DNA of 64,000 nucleotides. Source: Octopus sinensis (taxonomy: Eukaryota). The position numbers were made by a program, and so were the translations under genes. This document shows positions 39,536-51,814 of the stretch, piece after piece. Below the pieces are notes generated by a model. It did no database searches. It saw only the letters and a program-made list of their open reading frames with translations, and had not been told where the DNA came from. The stretch spans positions 10,850,001 to 10,914,000 of the forward strand of contig NC_043007.1 in NCBI RefSeq assembly GCF_006345805.1, in the 5' to 3' direction. Within the stretch, counting starts at the first letter, position 1. Each line of letters begins with the position of its first letter.

Positions 39536-39944
39536 AGATTTTGAGCTCTCATAGTCGACTTCGACGGTAGAGTCTATTATATATATATCATTCAACTACT
39601 AAAGTAGTTGAATAATATTCTTAAGGCCGCAATTTACTCGCACGCAGCATCTATCAGAGCTTATCGCTAATTCAGTTCCGAACCAAATTGAAAACCGTTA
39701 ACATTTTTGAAGGGGACTACTCCCTAGCTACATTTTGGCATAAAAAAATTGAGATTTGATCCAGTACAAAAAGTGCTGCAGCCGATGTGTTCGCTTAGAA
39801 TCCTTTGAATCGGTGTCCTAGCATGACTGTAATCCAATGTCTGAAATAAGTTAGAGATAAAAGGTTTATGCGAGTGGATGGACAAACGAAAGTAAACGGC
39901 AATCCGTAGGTTCGTAGAACGAATCTAACGTGTCAGGCATTCAG

Positions 39945-40018
<74 letters not shown>

Positions 40019-40598
40019 GAGGCAGAGAAAAAAAAAGAAAGAGAGAGAGAGTGAGTGAGAGAGAAAGAGAGGGGTGTCTCACGATATGAGACAAATTTAA
40101 GTTGGCTTCCAGACGTTAACCCTCCATTGGCCATCTCAGATCACGTGGTGTTCTTGATCTAGAATCATCATTAGTCTGGATCCTCCCAACTGGCAATTGG
40201 TTGATTTCGAAAGTTACAGGTTTGTATTGGAGGTTTGTGTAGATGTGTGTTTGCGTCTGTTGTAGCTTTTTATGTTAGGAGCGATGTTGTCTAAACAGGA
40301 GTAACTAACATTGATGTTGTGGGGTTTGAAAAACTTATAATATTTATGGGGTTTAGGGAAATGCTTTTGAAATATCCTGATGTCACTGGATAATCCATAC
40401 CCCAGTTTCCAGACATCTAACTACTGGCTAACTATCAACATCCTCTCCGATCCCGTCAGCCTAAGAATCAAAGTAACACCACGTGACTTGAGTTAACCAG
40501 CAAAGGCCTAACATCCAGAAGGCTTGAATTTGTTTCATATACTTTTATCCCTATCTGTCTGCCTGCATGCCTGTCTGTTTGTCTGTCTGCCTCTGTTT

Positions 40599-40648
<50 letters not shown>

Positions 40649-41685
40649 GCCTCTCTCTCTCTCGCCACTCTCTCTCTCTCCGCTCTGAAGCTATCCTCTC
40701 TCGCTAAGTGCCTGACGAGTTAGGTTCGTTCTACAATCCTACGAAACTTTAACTTCAATGAACTGAATCAAACTGCTATTAAATAGTGTTTTGTATGTAT
40801 AAGTGTATATATATATCATATATCTTAATTTATAATATAATATTATTTAATTGAACACCACGCATATATCGATTTCCAATATATATATATAATATAATAT
40901 ATATCTATATATAATACTATATGTTTATTTGTGAATATATATGCGCATATATATATATACATATAAACAACACATAAATATATATATATATAGATATATA
41001 TATTATATATAATATATATTATATATATATATATATATAATGAATATATATATATATATATCTAATATATATAATATGCGCGAACACACAGACATATATA
41101 TGTATATTAGACATAACTATGTTATCCCTACTTGACAAAACGTTAATTACATGTCAGCTGAATGAACACGAGAACCAAATGGCTATAAATCCACTATACA
41201 TGCACTGCAGAGTTTGATGCATGCTTGCACATAGATATCATCAGCTAGCAGAAACAGGCATGAATGTGTGCTTATATGCATGTATATTCAATTATGTATG
41301 TATACAAGTTTTTTATATATACGTCTGGATGTGGATAGGCAAGTGTTTTCATCTATACACATATCCTGCCGTGTTATATATGTTTACGAATATGAACATG
41401 TATATGTATATGTATATGCATATTTGTAGATAAAGATATTTGCGCGGTTATATACACACGCATATACGCACGCGTGCGCGCACACGTACTCGCACACATG
41501 CATATATGTGCATATATTTATATACAGATATAGATATGGATACAAATATAATTATATGTGTATGTATGAATATATCTATGCATGTGTGTACATATATGTA
41601 TGCTTGTATGTTTGTATGTATCTGTGTGAATATATACATATACATCTATATATGTATATATTATATATATATAAATGTATATTAT

Positions 41686-41717
<32 letters not shown>

Positions 41718-42169
41718 TATATATATATATAAATGTATATATACATATATACATATATATACATATATATATCTTCATATATATATATATTACAACACAC
41801 ACATATATATACGCATACATATAGATATGTATGTATATATGTATGCGTGCATGTGTGTAAGAATGTGTGTGTGCATGAACGCATGTATGGCAAAGCTGTT
41901 CGAGAGTGAGATAAAATGTTACGGGCTATATGTTCCGAATCAGGGGGCTGCGTTTAGTTCCTGTTGGGGTCAACTTTCTTTTGTAATTTTTGAAATAAGT
42001 GTCTATGAAATTACATCAAAGTTCGGTATTGTGAAGTGGCACAATTGTTAGAGTACCAGGCCGCACGTCATGGTGTATCTGTTTAGGTTTTAAACATTCT
42101 GAATGAAATCCATTATATTCTTCCAAGAAGATGCAACAAACCGACAGACAGAATCAGAAATCTATATAT

Positions 42170-42233
<64 letters not shown>

Positions 42234-42320
42234 ACATACATACATACAAACATACACAACCACAAGCATACACACATACAGCACAAGCACATATGTGTAT
42301 GAATGTGTGTATATATAAAC

Positions 42321-42526
42321 CTTTTCTACTCTAGGCACATGGCACGAAATTTTTGGAGAGGGTAGGGCCAGTCGATTATATCGACTCCAGTACGCAACTG
42401 GTACTTAAATTATCGACACCGAAAGGATGAAATGCAAAGTTAACCTCGGTGGAATTTGAACTCAGAACATAAAGACAGAACGTAATGACGCCCGACGTGC
42501 TAACGTTTCTACGAGCTCGCCGCCTT
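42321..42526 (-). mobile_element. SINE family B (alternative tail)
   Basis: Homology to other family B copies. Confidence 0.85.
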
Positions 42527-42897
42527 ATATATATATGTATAATCTACAGTTCCGTGATACAAAATTCAACAAAATTCATACTCCACCTGGTAAGAGATGA
42601 ATATTATTTATTTAAAGGACTGAGAAAACTCAAACACATTTTTCAGACGCAAACCCCATAACTATTAACTTATTATTTTTTATATTTTAGCATTTGTATT
42701 TTCGTTTTTCCGTTGTTTACTGTCTGCGTTTTCTATATGTGTCTTCTCAGTTATTTCGTGTTTCTTCTATTATTCAATTTTTGAAGCTTGTTATGATATG
42801 TGGTTTGCGCCTGAAGAATATGTTTGAGAATTTTTCAACATATGAAACTATTAATAGCTTTTTAATACACATATTGTGACCTTTAGATAAATAATAC

Positions 42898-42928
<31 letters not shown>

Positions 42929-42946
42929 TGTATGTATGTATGTATG

Positions 42947-42978
<32 letters not shown>

Positions 42979-43083
42979 TGTATGTATGTATGTATGTATG
43001 TATGTATGTATATATGTATGTATATATGTATGTATGTATATATGTATGTATATATGTATGTATGTATATGTATGTTATGTATG

Positions 43084-43117
<34 letters not shown>

Positions 43118-43177
43118 TGTTGTATGTAGTATGTGTGTATGTATGTATGTATATATGTAGTTATGTATATATGTATG

Positions 43178-43211
<34 letters not shown>

Positions 43212-43810
43212 TGTATGTATGTTGTATGTATGTATGTATGTATTGTATATAGATGTATGTTGTATGTATGTATGTATGTAGTATGTTGTGTGTGTGTGTA
43301 TGTATGTATGTATGTATGTATGTATGTATGTATGTATGTCTGTATGTATGAATGTATGTACGTATGTATGTATGTATGTATGTGTGTATGTATGTATGTG
43401 TGTGGTATGTAGTATGTATGTATGTATGTATGTATGTATGTATGTATTAGTATGTATGTATTATGTATGTATGTATGTATGTAGTATGTATGTATGTATG
43501 TATGTATGTCTGTAGTATGCCGGTATGTATGTATGTATGTGTGTATGTATGTATGTATGCATGTATGTATGTTTGTATGTATGTATGCATGTATGTATGT
43601 TTGTATGTATGTTTGTATGTATGTTTGTATGTATGTATGTATGTATGTATGCATGTATGTATGTATGTATGTATGTATGCATGTATGTATGTTTGTATGT
43701 ATGTATGTTTGTATGTATGTTTGTATGTATGTTTGTATGTATGTATGCATGTATGTATGTTTGTATGTATGTATGTATGTATGCATGTATGTATGTATGC
43801 ATGCATGTAT
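42898..43810. repeat. ~900-bp (TATG)n microsatellite
   Basis: Direct reading; source of several spurious ORFs. Confidence 0.95.
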
Positions 43811-44010
43811 GCATACACACACAAGCATACACACACACACGCACACACACACACATGTACATGCAGAAGCACTTTGCAGCCACTTGTTTCCTGTTTCATT
43901 CACACCATGCGCCATCTTGGCAAATGTTTTCTCTTTACGGATCTATTTATATTGTCTCGTCAGTGAATGTCGTAGACGGAACCTGTGTGGAAGCCCATCG
44001 TATACACGTA

Positions 44011-44371
44011 TACTCTTATACTCTTATACTCTTATACTCTTTTACTCTTTTACTCTTTTACTTGTTTCAGTCATTTCACTGTGGACATGCTGGAGCACCG
44101 CTTTTAGTCGAGCAAATCGACCCCAGGACTTATTCTTTGTAAGCCTAATATTTATCTATCGAACCGCTAAATTACGGGGACGTAAACACACCAGCATCGG
44201 TTGTCAAGCGATGTTGGGGGGGACAAACACAGACACACAAACATACAAACAAACTCACACACACATATATATATACATATATACGACGGGCTTCTTTCAG
44301 TTTCTGTCAACCAAATCCACTCACAAGGCTTTGGTCGGCCCGAGTCTATAGTAGAAGACACTTGCCCAAGA
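44011..44371 (-). mobile_element. SINE family A, 5'-truncated
   Basis: Homology; long (GAGTATAA/GAGTAAAA)n tail. Confidence 0.85.
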
Positions 44372-44630
44372 GACTGTAAATATATATATATATATATATA
44401 TTTAAAATTGAGGGTAAAATCTTTATAAGAAATTATCAGTAGTTAGCGTGAAAAACCTCGTAAGAGAAAAAATCCGTAAATCTTTCCATTTTGAAAATAT
44501 TTATTTATATTATATAGAGGGTACTACAAGTCATAGATACCGCAAGCGAGGAGGGACCCTTGCGGTCAAAACTACTAAAATAAACAAATTGTACCGTATG
44601 AAAAGCTTCAAAGCAAGTCATTTAAAAAAA

Positions 44631-44707
44631 GAATTTAGTTACATATCACCTGTGATTTCGCAATTAATGCAGAATGTGCATTCTATGCTCATCGGTGCAA
44701 CGAACTC
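44631..44707 (-). ncRNA. Full type I hammerhead ribozyme (U4C variant)
   Basis: Same fold as 45126-45202 with core CCGAUGA; predicted cleavage between 44644 and 44643. Confidence 0.72.
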
Positions 44708-45125
44708 GAGACATATAAGAAAAAACATAACATTACAAACCCGACAGCCAACCGTAGAATTCGTCGTAGCATGTACGAATGTTTATCTTTACATATCTAT
44801 GAAAATGGCGGGCTTATTCGCAATGCATTTCGGTACCAAATTGCTTACTCGGAACAAAAATTCAGTATTGAACTATTCTGGTGAAAAATATAAATTTAAA
44901 ATTGAGGATAAAATCTTTATAAGAAATTATCAGTAGTTAGCGTGAAAAACCTCGTAAGAGAAAAAAATCCGTAAATTTTTCCACTTTGAAAATATTTAGT
45001 TATATTATATAGAGGGTACTACTATTCATAGATACCGCACGCAAGGAGGGACCCTTGCGGTCAAAACTACTAAAATAAACAAATTGTACCGAATGCAAAA
45101 CTTCAAAGCAAGTCATTTAAAAAAA

Positions 45126-45202
45126 GAATTTAGTTACATATCACCTGTGATTTCGCAATTAATGCAGAATATGCATTCTATGCTCATCAGTGCAACAAAC
45201 TC
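45126..45202 (-). ncRNA. Full type I hammerhead ribozyme
   Basis: GAGUUU-GUUGCA CUGAUGA GCA-UAG-AAUGCA-UAUUC-UGCAUU-AAU-UGC GAAA UCAC-AG-GUGA UA|UGUAAC-U-AAAUUC: canonical core, 12-bp stem I with one bulge, stable stem III; predicted cleavage between 45139 and 45138. Confidence 0.85.
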
Positions 45203-46060
45203 AAGACAGTTTTGCATTCGGTACAATTTGTTTATTTTAGTAGTTTTGACCGCAAGGGTCTCTCCTAGCGTGCGGTATCTATGAATAGTAGCACCCTCTA
45301 TATAATATAAATATATATAATATAATATATATATATATATTATATTATTATATATATATATACATATATATCATCATACATATTATACATACATAGATTA
45401 TGCATATTATATTATTATATGTATATATATGTGTGTGTGTGTGTGTGTGCATGTGTATAATTATGTATACATATGTATGCATATATATATGCGTACGTAT
45501 GTGTGTGTGTGTCTATGAATGTTTCTATGTCTGTATTTGGCCCACTGAACTACTGCTTGACAGCCGGTGTACGTTTTTTGACATCCCCGTAACATAGCGG
45601 TTCGGCAACAACAAACTCATAGAATGATTTATCAGACATAATTTACAAGACTTAAAGATACCTAAGTACTGCGGTCGATTTGCTTAATTACTACCCAATT
45701 AAAATGTGCGTGTGTGTGTGTGTGTGAGTGTGTGCACACACACACACATACATGCGCGCACACACACACATACACAAAGTAATTAATAAAGACAAGTTAC
45801 AATTGTGCAGTAATTGGACTGTTTTGGTAGCGTAACGAGCAGGATACGGAAATTGTTCTAATTCAAAATGATTCATTGTAAGCTTGAGCAAGTAATTGAT
45901 CTACAGAGCGCTATAGAAACCTTCGATTACGACATCATCCGAACATGAAACTTCAGTAGTTCACTTCACACATGTATTCCATAAATGCTATTTATCTCAA
46001 GCAAAACACACCACCACACACATACATATATATATATATATAATATATGTATATATATAT

Positions 46061-46114
<54 letters not shown>

Positions 46115-46752
46115 TTATATTTTATGCATATATATATATATGCATAAATTATAAAGAGTGGGGAATATTTTTAGAAATTTCACCACCATTGGCCTGGCAT
46201 ATATAAACAGACAACATATTCTCAATATAAAATAGTGTACATTTAAACACAAGAGAAACCTACTTTTAACAGGTAGTTTTCTCTTCTCTTTTTACTAGAA
46301 GAAGCAGTCAAAACGACCAAAACCACATTTAACAGCAATTTTCGAAGGGAATGAAAAATGAAAACTTTTACCTTGTTATTGTTTACAGTTATACCTAGGT
46401 TACAGCTTTCTTTAGCAAATAAAATAATTTGCTAGGCGAATCCTCATCCGTAACCGTGCCATAACATTAACCTATAATTCAGAGACAAATAACGGATATC
46501 TCATCTCTATGTGTTATAAGTTTTCAAAATTCACCGCGCAAGCGCAGTTTCAGTCGGCAGTAAATGAAAAATGTCGAACCGATCTTCGAAATGCTAAAAT
46601 TATATTCATAAAATATATAGGGTGGCGAATATTTTTTAGAAATTTCACCACCAGTAGCCTAGCATGCATAAATACTCAATAGACAACATATTCTCAATAT
46701 ATAATAGAGTACATTTCAACACTTGATGTTTAAATGCACAAGACTTGATCAC

Positions 46753-46794
46753 AACTGTCTGACGAACGGAAACGTGAAACTCTGAGTAACACTT
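46753..46794 (+). ncRNA. Type I hammerhead motif (family A), intact core
   Basis: AACUGU CUGACGA ACG-GAAA-CGU GAAA CUCUGAG UA|ACACUU. Confidence 0.72.
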
Positions 46795-47022
46795 CTGAGA
46801 TGTGCTTGCAGCTGTAGTAAAACGAAGCATATTATTCTACCTTCCGTATTGTTCTATTATTTTCCCACCTTGTTTTTCATTTATGTGCTTACTCGTGGAT
46901 ATATGGAAGAGCGTAGGCTCGAAACGCTAAAGACTTTTTCAATTCCCGAACGTTAAACTAATACATCTGTTTGTTGTCTACACCACCTGTCTTCGTCTTT
47001 TGTTTTTTTGTGACTTCTCCAC
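46753..47022 (+). mobile_element. HHR family A element joined to the 3' part of a family B element
   Basis: Family A body to ~46900, then GAAGAGCGTAGGCTCGAAACG... to 47022, then (TA)n. Confidence 0.7.
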
Positions 47023-47023
47023 C

Positions 47024-47064
<41 letters not shown>

Positions 47065-47467
47065 TATATAATAATATTTTATCAACAAGCAGAGAGAAAG
47101 CTGGTACGGAAGACTCATAGTATAATAACTATAATAACCGTGTATAATATATATGATAATGATATTTATTGTCCGATTAGAAGCGACAATTTTTTTGATT
47201 ATAAACAAATGACTGAAAGATGATGAGTTAATCTCAGGCTGGAGATTAAATATCATTATGATATATATACACACGTACACATAAGGACACATACACACAG
47301 ATATACGCACGCGGAGACACAGACTTATGCTCACAGATATAGATATTAAAAGATGTATGAATGTATCTAATAACATGTTTCCATGCCTACAAATGTACAA
47401 AACCTTGAATGGAAATTAGAAAACGCACAAACGTAAGATATTTCTGTGAGCGAGCGTGTTTGTGTGC

Positions 47468-47511
<44 letters not shown>

Positions 47512-49320
47512 CTTATATATTCATGCATACATACGCATGCATATATATATGTGTATGTGTGCAAGTGTGTAGACCACAAACACACACATGTACCACGTAC
47601 ATATATATATATATATATAATATATATATACACATGCAACTAGACAACCTTTAAAATCATGTGATGCATTACGTTAGCCTTCCTGATATTTGCGCAACAA
47701 TATGCAGTTGCACCCAATACAAGTACAATTCTGCTGCAGCTGCTGCAGATGCTACTGCTACAGGTGCAGCAGATTTTGCTGCTTTTAGTGCACAATGCAT
47801 TAAGATAATCTCGTGATCGGTTTATTAATGATTCGACGTAGCAATTGTTACAGCTCTTCTGTCTGTATGTCTGTTCCTCTGGCATTCCGTCTGAATTGCT
47901 TGTCTGCTTGCCTGCCTGTCTGCCTGTCTGCCTGTCTGCCTGTGTTTGAGAATACTGGCAGACATATTGGCCTACAGTTTTCTTTCTTCTGTACTTCTGT
48001 CTCTGGAGCTGTTTTTTTGTGTGTGTGTGTGAGTGTGTGAGTGTGTGTGTATGCGTGTGCATGCATATATATATATATATATATATTATATAATATAATA
48101 TATATATATAAATGTATATTTTTTTTATATATGTGTATATGTGTGTTTCTTGTGTTGTTATTTGTGCACACACACACAATATGTATGTATGTATGTAATA
48201 TTATATTATATATATATAAGATATATATATATATATAAATGTATATTTTTATATATGTGTATATATGTGTTTCTGTGTGTTTGTTTGTATGCGTGTCTTG
48301 TATTTGTGTGTATGTGTATGTGTGTGTGTGTGTGTGTGTGTATGTGTGTGTACGCGTCTTTGCATGGAAAAGAGTTGTATATTTAATTATAAAATCAAAC
48401 TGCATATAGTTTAATTATTGCTTTTGCTTGAGTATGCGTGTGTACGGATGTGAATAAGTTCGCATACATACACACACACGCACACATACACAGAGATACA
48501 CAGAGACATACAAACACGCGCACATAGTTCTACGCACACATTTGAGCGTTGTAACATGTATTTGTATATATATTTTAACGTACGCACATATTTGTACCAC
48601 ACCACTATATACATACATACTACATACATACATACATACTACATACATACAATACATCCATACATACATACATACACACAATAACATACATACATATTGC
48701 ATATATATATATATATATATATATAGGAGAGAGGAAGAGAGAGATAGAAGATAGATAGATAATAGATAGATAGATAGATAGATAGATATATAGATAGACA
48801 GACCAGACATACAGACACATAGACACACAGACCAGACTGATAGATAATAGATAGATAGATTAGATAGATAGCCGCCAGACAGACAGACACCCGTAGACAC
48901 ACAGACAGACTGATAGATAGATAGATACATACATACATACATACATACATACATACATACATACATACATACATACATACATACATACATACGTATGTAT
49001 ACAGGGTGAGATACAGACAGTTATATAATAACACATCTGACCGAACTAACATCAGCTCTGCAGAAGCTATACCCAGAATATCATTTTATAATATATATTC
49101 CTGCGGTTATTGAGGTTTTTTGGTCATATTACTATGTAAATAACTAAACGTCAACATTGATTTTCTGAAGCTGGGTTTCTCACGACCCGAAAAGAAACGG
49201 TTAATTGGTAAATTGAAATTACACGCCATAAACAAAAGTAAAACGGAATATATCTAAAGCATTTCACAATGGAAGCTTGTAATACATACAACATACATAC
49301 ATACATCATACATACATACA

Positions 49321-49351
<31 letters not shown>

Positions 49352-49451
49352 NNNNNNNNNNNNNNNNNNNNNNNNNNNNNNNNNNNNNNNNNNNNNNNNN
49401 NNNNNNNNNNNNNNNNNNNNNNNNNNNNNNNNNNNNNNNNNNNNNNNNNNN
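49352..49451. other. 100-N scaffold gap
   Basis: Run of N; the flanks may not be contiguous. Confidence 0.99.
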
Positions 49452-49579
49452 CCACTCACAAGGCATTGGTTGGCCTGGGGCTATAGCAGAAGACACTTGC
49501 CCAAGATGCCACGCAGTGGGACTGACCCGGAACCATGTGGTGGTTAGCAAGCTACTTACCACACAGCCACTCCTGCGCT
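49452..49579 (-). mobile_element. SINE family A, 5' part
   Basis: Homology to other family A copies. Confidence 0.85.
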
Positions 49580-49619
49580 ATGTGTAGAATTCAAGAAGAT
49601 GAGTAAAGTTGTTGGAAAG

Positions 49620-49870
49620 ATGGTGGATAATTTGTGTGCTTCGACTCTAAATCAGCCATTAGATATTGAAACTTTAGTGTGGCGATGTTCAGTGAAGCAA
49701 TACATTCAAGATATGGTACATGACTGATAGAAGCTATTTGTCGTGTTACACAATTACGAACAGCTACTAACAGATCAATATTCTGGACAAGGCTAAGGTT
49801 CCAGACTGGAGATGCAAACTCTAAGCACAAAATGAAAGTCATAACCATGCCGACGGGGAAATAAATCATT
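49620..49870 (-). pseudogene. Degenerate CR1/L2-type RT C-terminus
   Basis: LEFASPVWN..NIDLLVAVRNCVTRQI....PYLECIASLNIATL resembles LEYASPVW..IDLLE.VQR.AT..SYEERL..LNL.TL. Confidence 0.6.
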
Positions 49871-50525
49871 AGGTGAGACAAGCTGACTGAATCAGCTTCG
49901 CTGACGACAGGTGACAGCGTTTAGAAAAGCGCGGGCTAAAACTACACGCCTTCACTAGTCAGTTAAGGTGAGACAGATGTCACGTGGCAACTTGGCTGGG
50001 GCTGCTGCTGGAGCCTATGCGGCAGGTATTTAAAGGGAAAACATTTGACAAGACAGTCAGTCACTGGCTGACACTCGATGACGATACATCGAAGAGGCCA
50101 GGGAACAGAAGAAAGAAGAAGAAAGAAGACATGCACCCAACACCAGAGCTGAAGACACCTCTGAAAGGAAGGGGTCTGCCACATCAAAACGGTAGAGGAG
50201 TAGGGGCCAAAACTGGACGCGGTTTCTCCTGATGATGTCTTGAGCTAACTGGATCCTATAAAGGAGCTGTTGTGGTAGCAGACCACAAAACACGGTTGTA
50301 ATTCTTCCTGGTAGGAAACTCTGAAGAGAACTGAACTCAGGCAAGTCTTTTGGCCCTTCTTACTCTCTAAGAAGGCCAGGCAGTATCCAGGTTACGACTT
50401 CAGGATGCCTTTTGCCGACACTTTCTAACTTCTTCAATATCGGAGACTTGTGCTTTTAAACTACATGGAGATTTCATCTAGCTGGAACTCCTTGCTATTG
50501 CTTCTACCTTCAGACTTACACTTAA

Positions 50526-50744
50526 CCCTTTAGTATTTAAACTAGCCATATCCGGCCAAAATATTTAATCTGTTTTATGTTCAAACTGATCCGATCCAGG
50601 CTCTCACACCTATCCTACAATGTTATTCTATATTAAGTAATTACACCATCAAGATCTTGAAGATATGAAATAATGCATGATTAATTCAAATAAATGGGAA
50701 TCAATAGGCATTATGTTCGATTGAATAATCTGAACACTAAAGGG
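50526..50744. mobile_element. piggyBac-type MITE
   Basis: TTAA|CCCTTTAG ... CTAAAGGG|TTAA. Confidence 0.8.
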
Positions 50745-50856
50745 TTAAATAAGAAATTACATAGACTGTCACGATAGTGATGAAACATCAACAGTGCCAA
50801 TGCTACCAGCATGACTCACTCAGAGTTACTTCCCCTGGCGTTAAAATACAAATATT

Positions 50857-51089
50857 TATTTCTTTATTGCCCACAAGGGGCCAAACATAGAGGGGAGAAA
50901 CAAGGATAGACAAAGGGATTAAGTCGATTACATCGACCTCAGTGCGTAACTGGTACTTATTTAATCGACACCAAAAGAATTAAAGGCAAAGTCAATCTCG
51001 GCGGATTTGAACTCGGAATGTAGCAGCAGACGAAATACTGCTAGGCATTTCACCTAGCGTGCTAACGATTCAGCCAGCTTGCCATCTTT
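50857..51089 (-). mobile_element. SINE family B with ~20-bp TSD
   Basis: GGC(G/A)TTAAAATACAAATATT at 50837-50856 and 51090-51109. Confidence 0.9.
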
Positions 51090-51147
51090 GGCATTAAAAT
51101 ACAAATATTGACTTCAAATGGTAGCACAACAATATATAGCTTTGGAT

Positions 51148-51360
51148 AAGGTGGTGAGCTGGTAGACTCATTAACATATCAGGCAAGATCTTTAACCGCA
51201 ATTTGTTTGTCTCTAAATTCTGAGTTCAAATTCTGCTGAAGTCGATTTTGCCTTTCATCCTTTCAGGGCCAATAAAATAAGTACCAGTTAAGCACTGGGA
51301 TTGATATAATAGTCTTATCCCATCATGCAAAATTGCTGGCCTTTTGTCAAAATTTGAAAC
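51148..51360 (+). mobile_element. Diverged SINE family B
   Basis: Homology to other family B copies. Confidence 0.75.
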
Positions 51361-51365
51361 TAATA

Positions 51366-51814
51366 TGTGGTAAGTAGCTTGCTTACCAACCACATGGTTC
51401 CGGGTTCAGTCCCACTGTGTTGCACCTTGGGCAAGTGTCTTCTACTATAGCCTTGGGCCGACCAAAGCCTTGTGAGAGGATTTCGTAGACGGAAACTGAA
51501 AGAAGCCTATCATATATATGTATATGTATATATATGTATATATATATATATATGTATATATATGTGTGTGTGTGTGTGTGTGTGAGTGTATATGTTTGTG
51601 TGTGTGAGTTTGTCCCCCCAACATCGCTTGACAACCAATGCTGATGTGTTTACGTCCCCGTAACTTAGCGGTTCGGCAAAAGAGACTGATAGAATAAGTA
51701 CTAGGCTTACAAAGAATAAGTCCTGGGGTTGATTTCCTCAACTAAAGGCAGTGCTCCAGTATGGCCACAGTCAAATGACAGAAACAAGTAAAAGAGTAAA
51801 AGAGAGTAAAAGAG
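51366..51814 (+). mobile_element. SINE family A
   Basis: Homology, with tail. Confidence 0.9.

Larger units (their letters stand above)
44401..45313 (-). mobile_element. Hammerhead-delimited ~495-bp tandem unit (1.63 copies) plus inverted partial copy; retrozyme-like or PLE-derived non-autonomous retroelement
   Basis: 44401-44712 and 44895-45208 are direct repeats with period 494-495; 45209-45313 is the reverse complement of ~44997-45101; (TA)n on both flanks. Confidence 0.85.

Noticed and set aside
42549-42595. Possible 40-nt exon ending CTG|GTAAGA
   Set aside because: Weak acceptor, not frame-preserving, no supporting neighbours.
44790-44880. Minus-strand ILNFCSE...LVPKCIANK resembling the PLE C-terminal LLN.RSELVSKC
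   Set aside because: Needs a frameshift and a stop; too short to distinguish from chance without a search.
44448-44936. 162-aa plus-strand ORF across the HHR repeat
   Set aside because: No recognisable domain; antisense to the ribozymes; not preserved in the second copy.
49975-50230. Solo LTR (TGTCACG start, TATTTAA, AGTCAGTC)
   Set aside because: No matching terminal CA/TSD or second LTR found.
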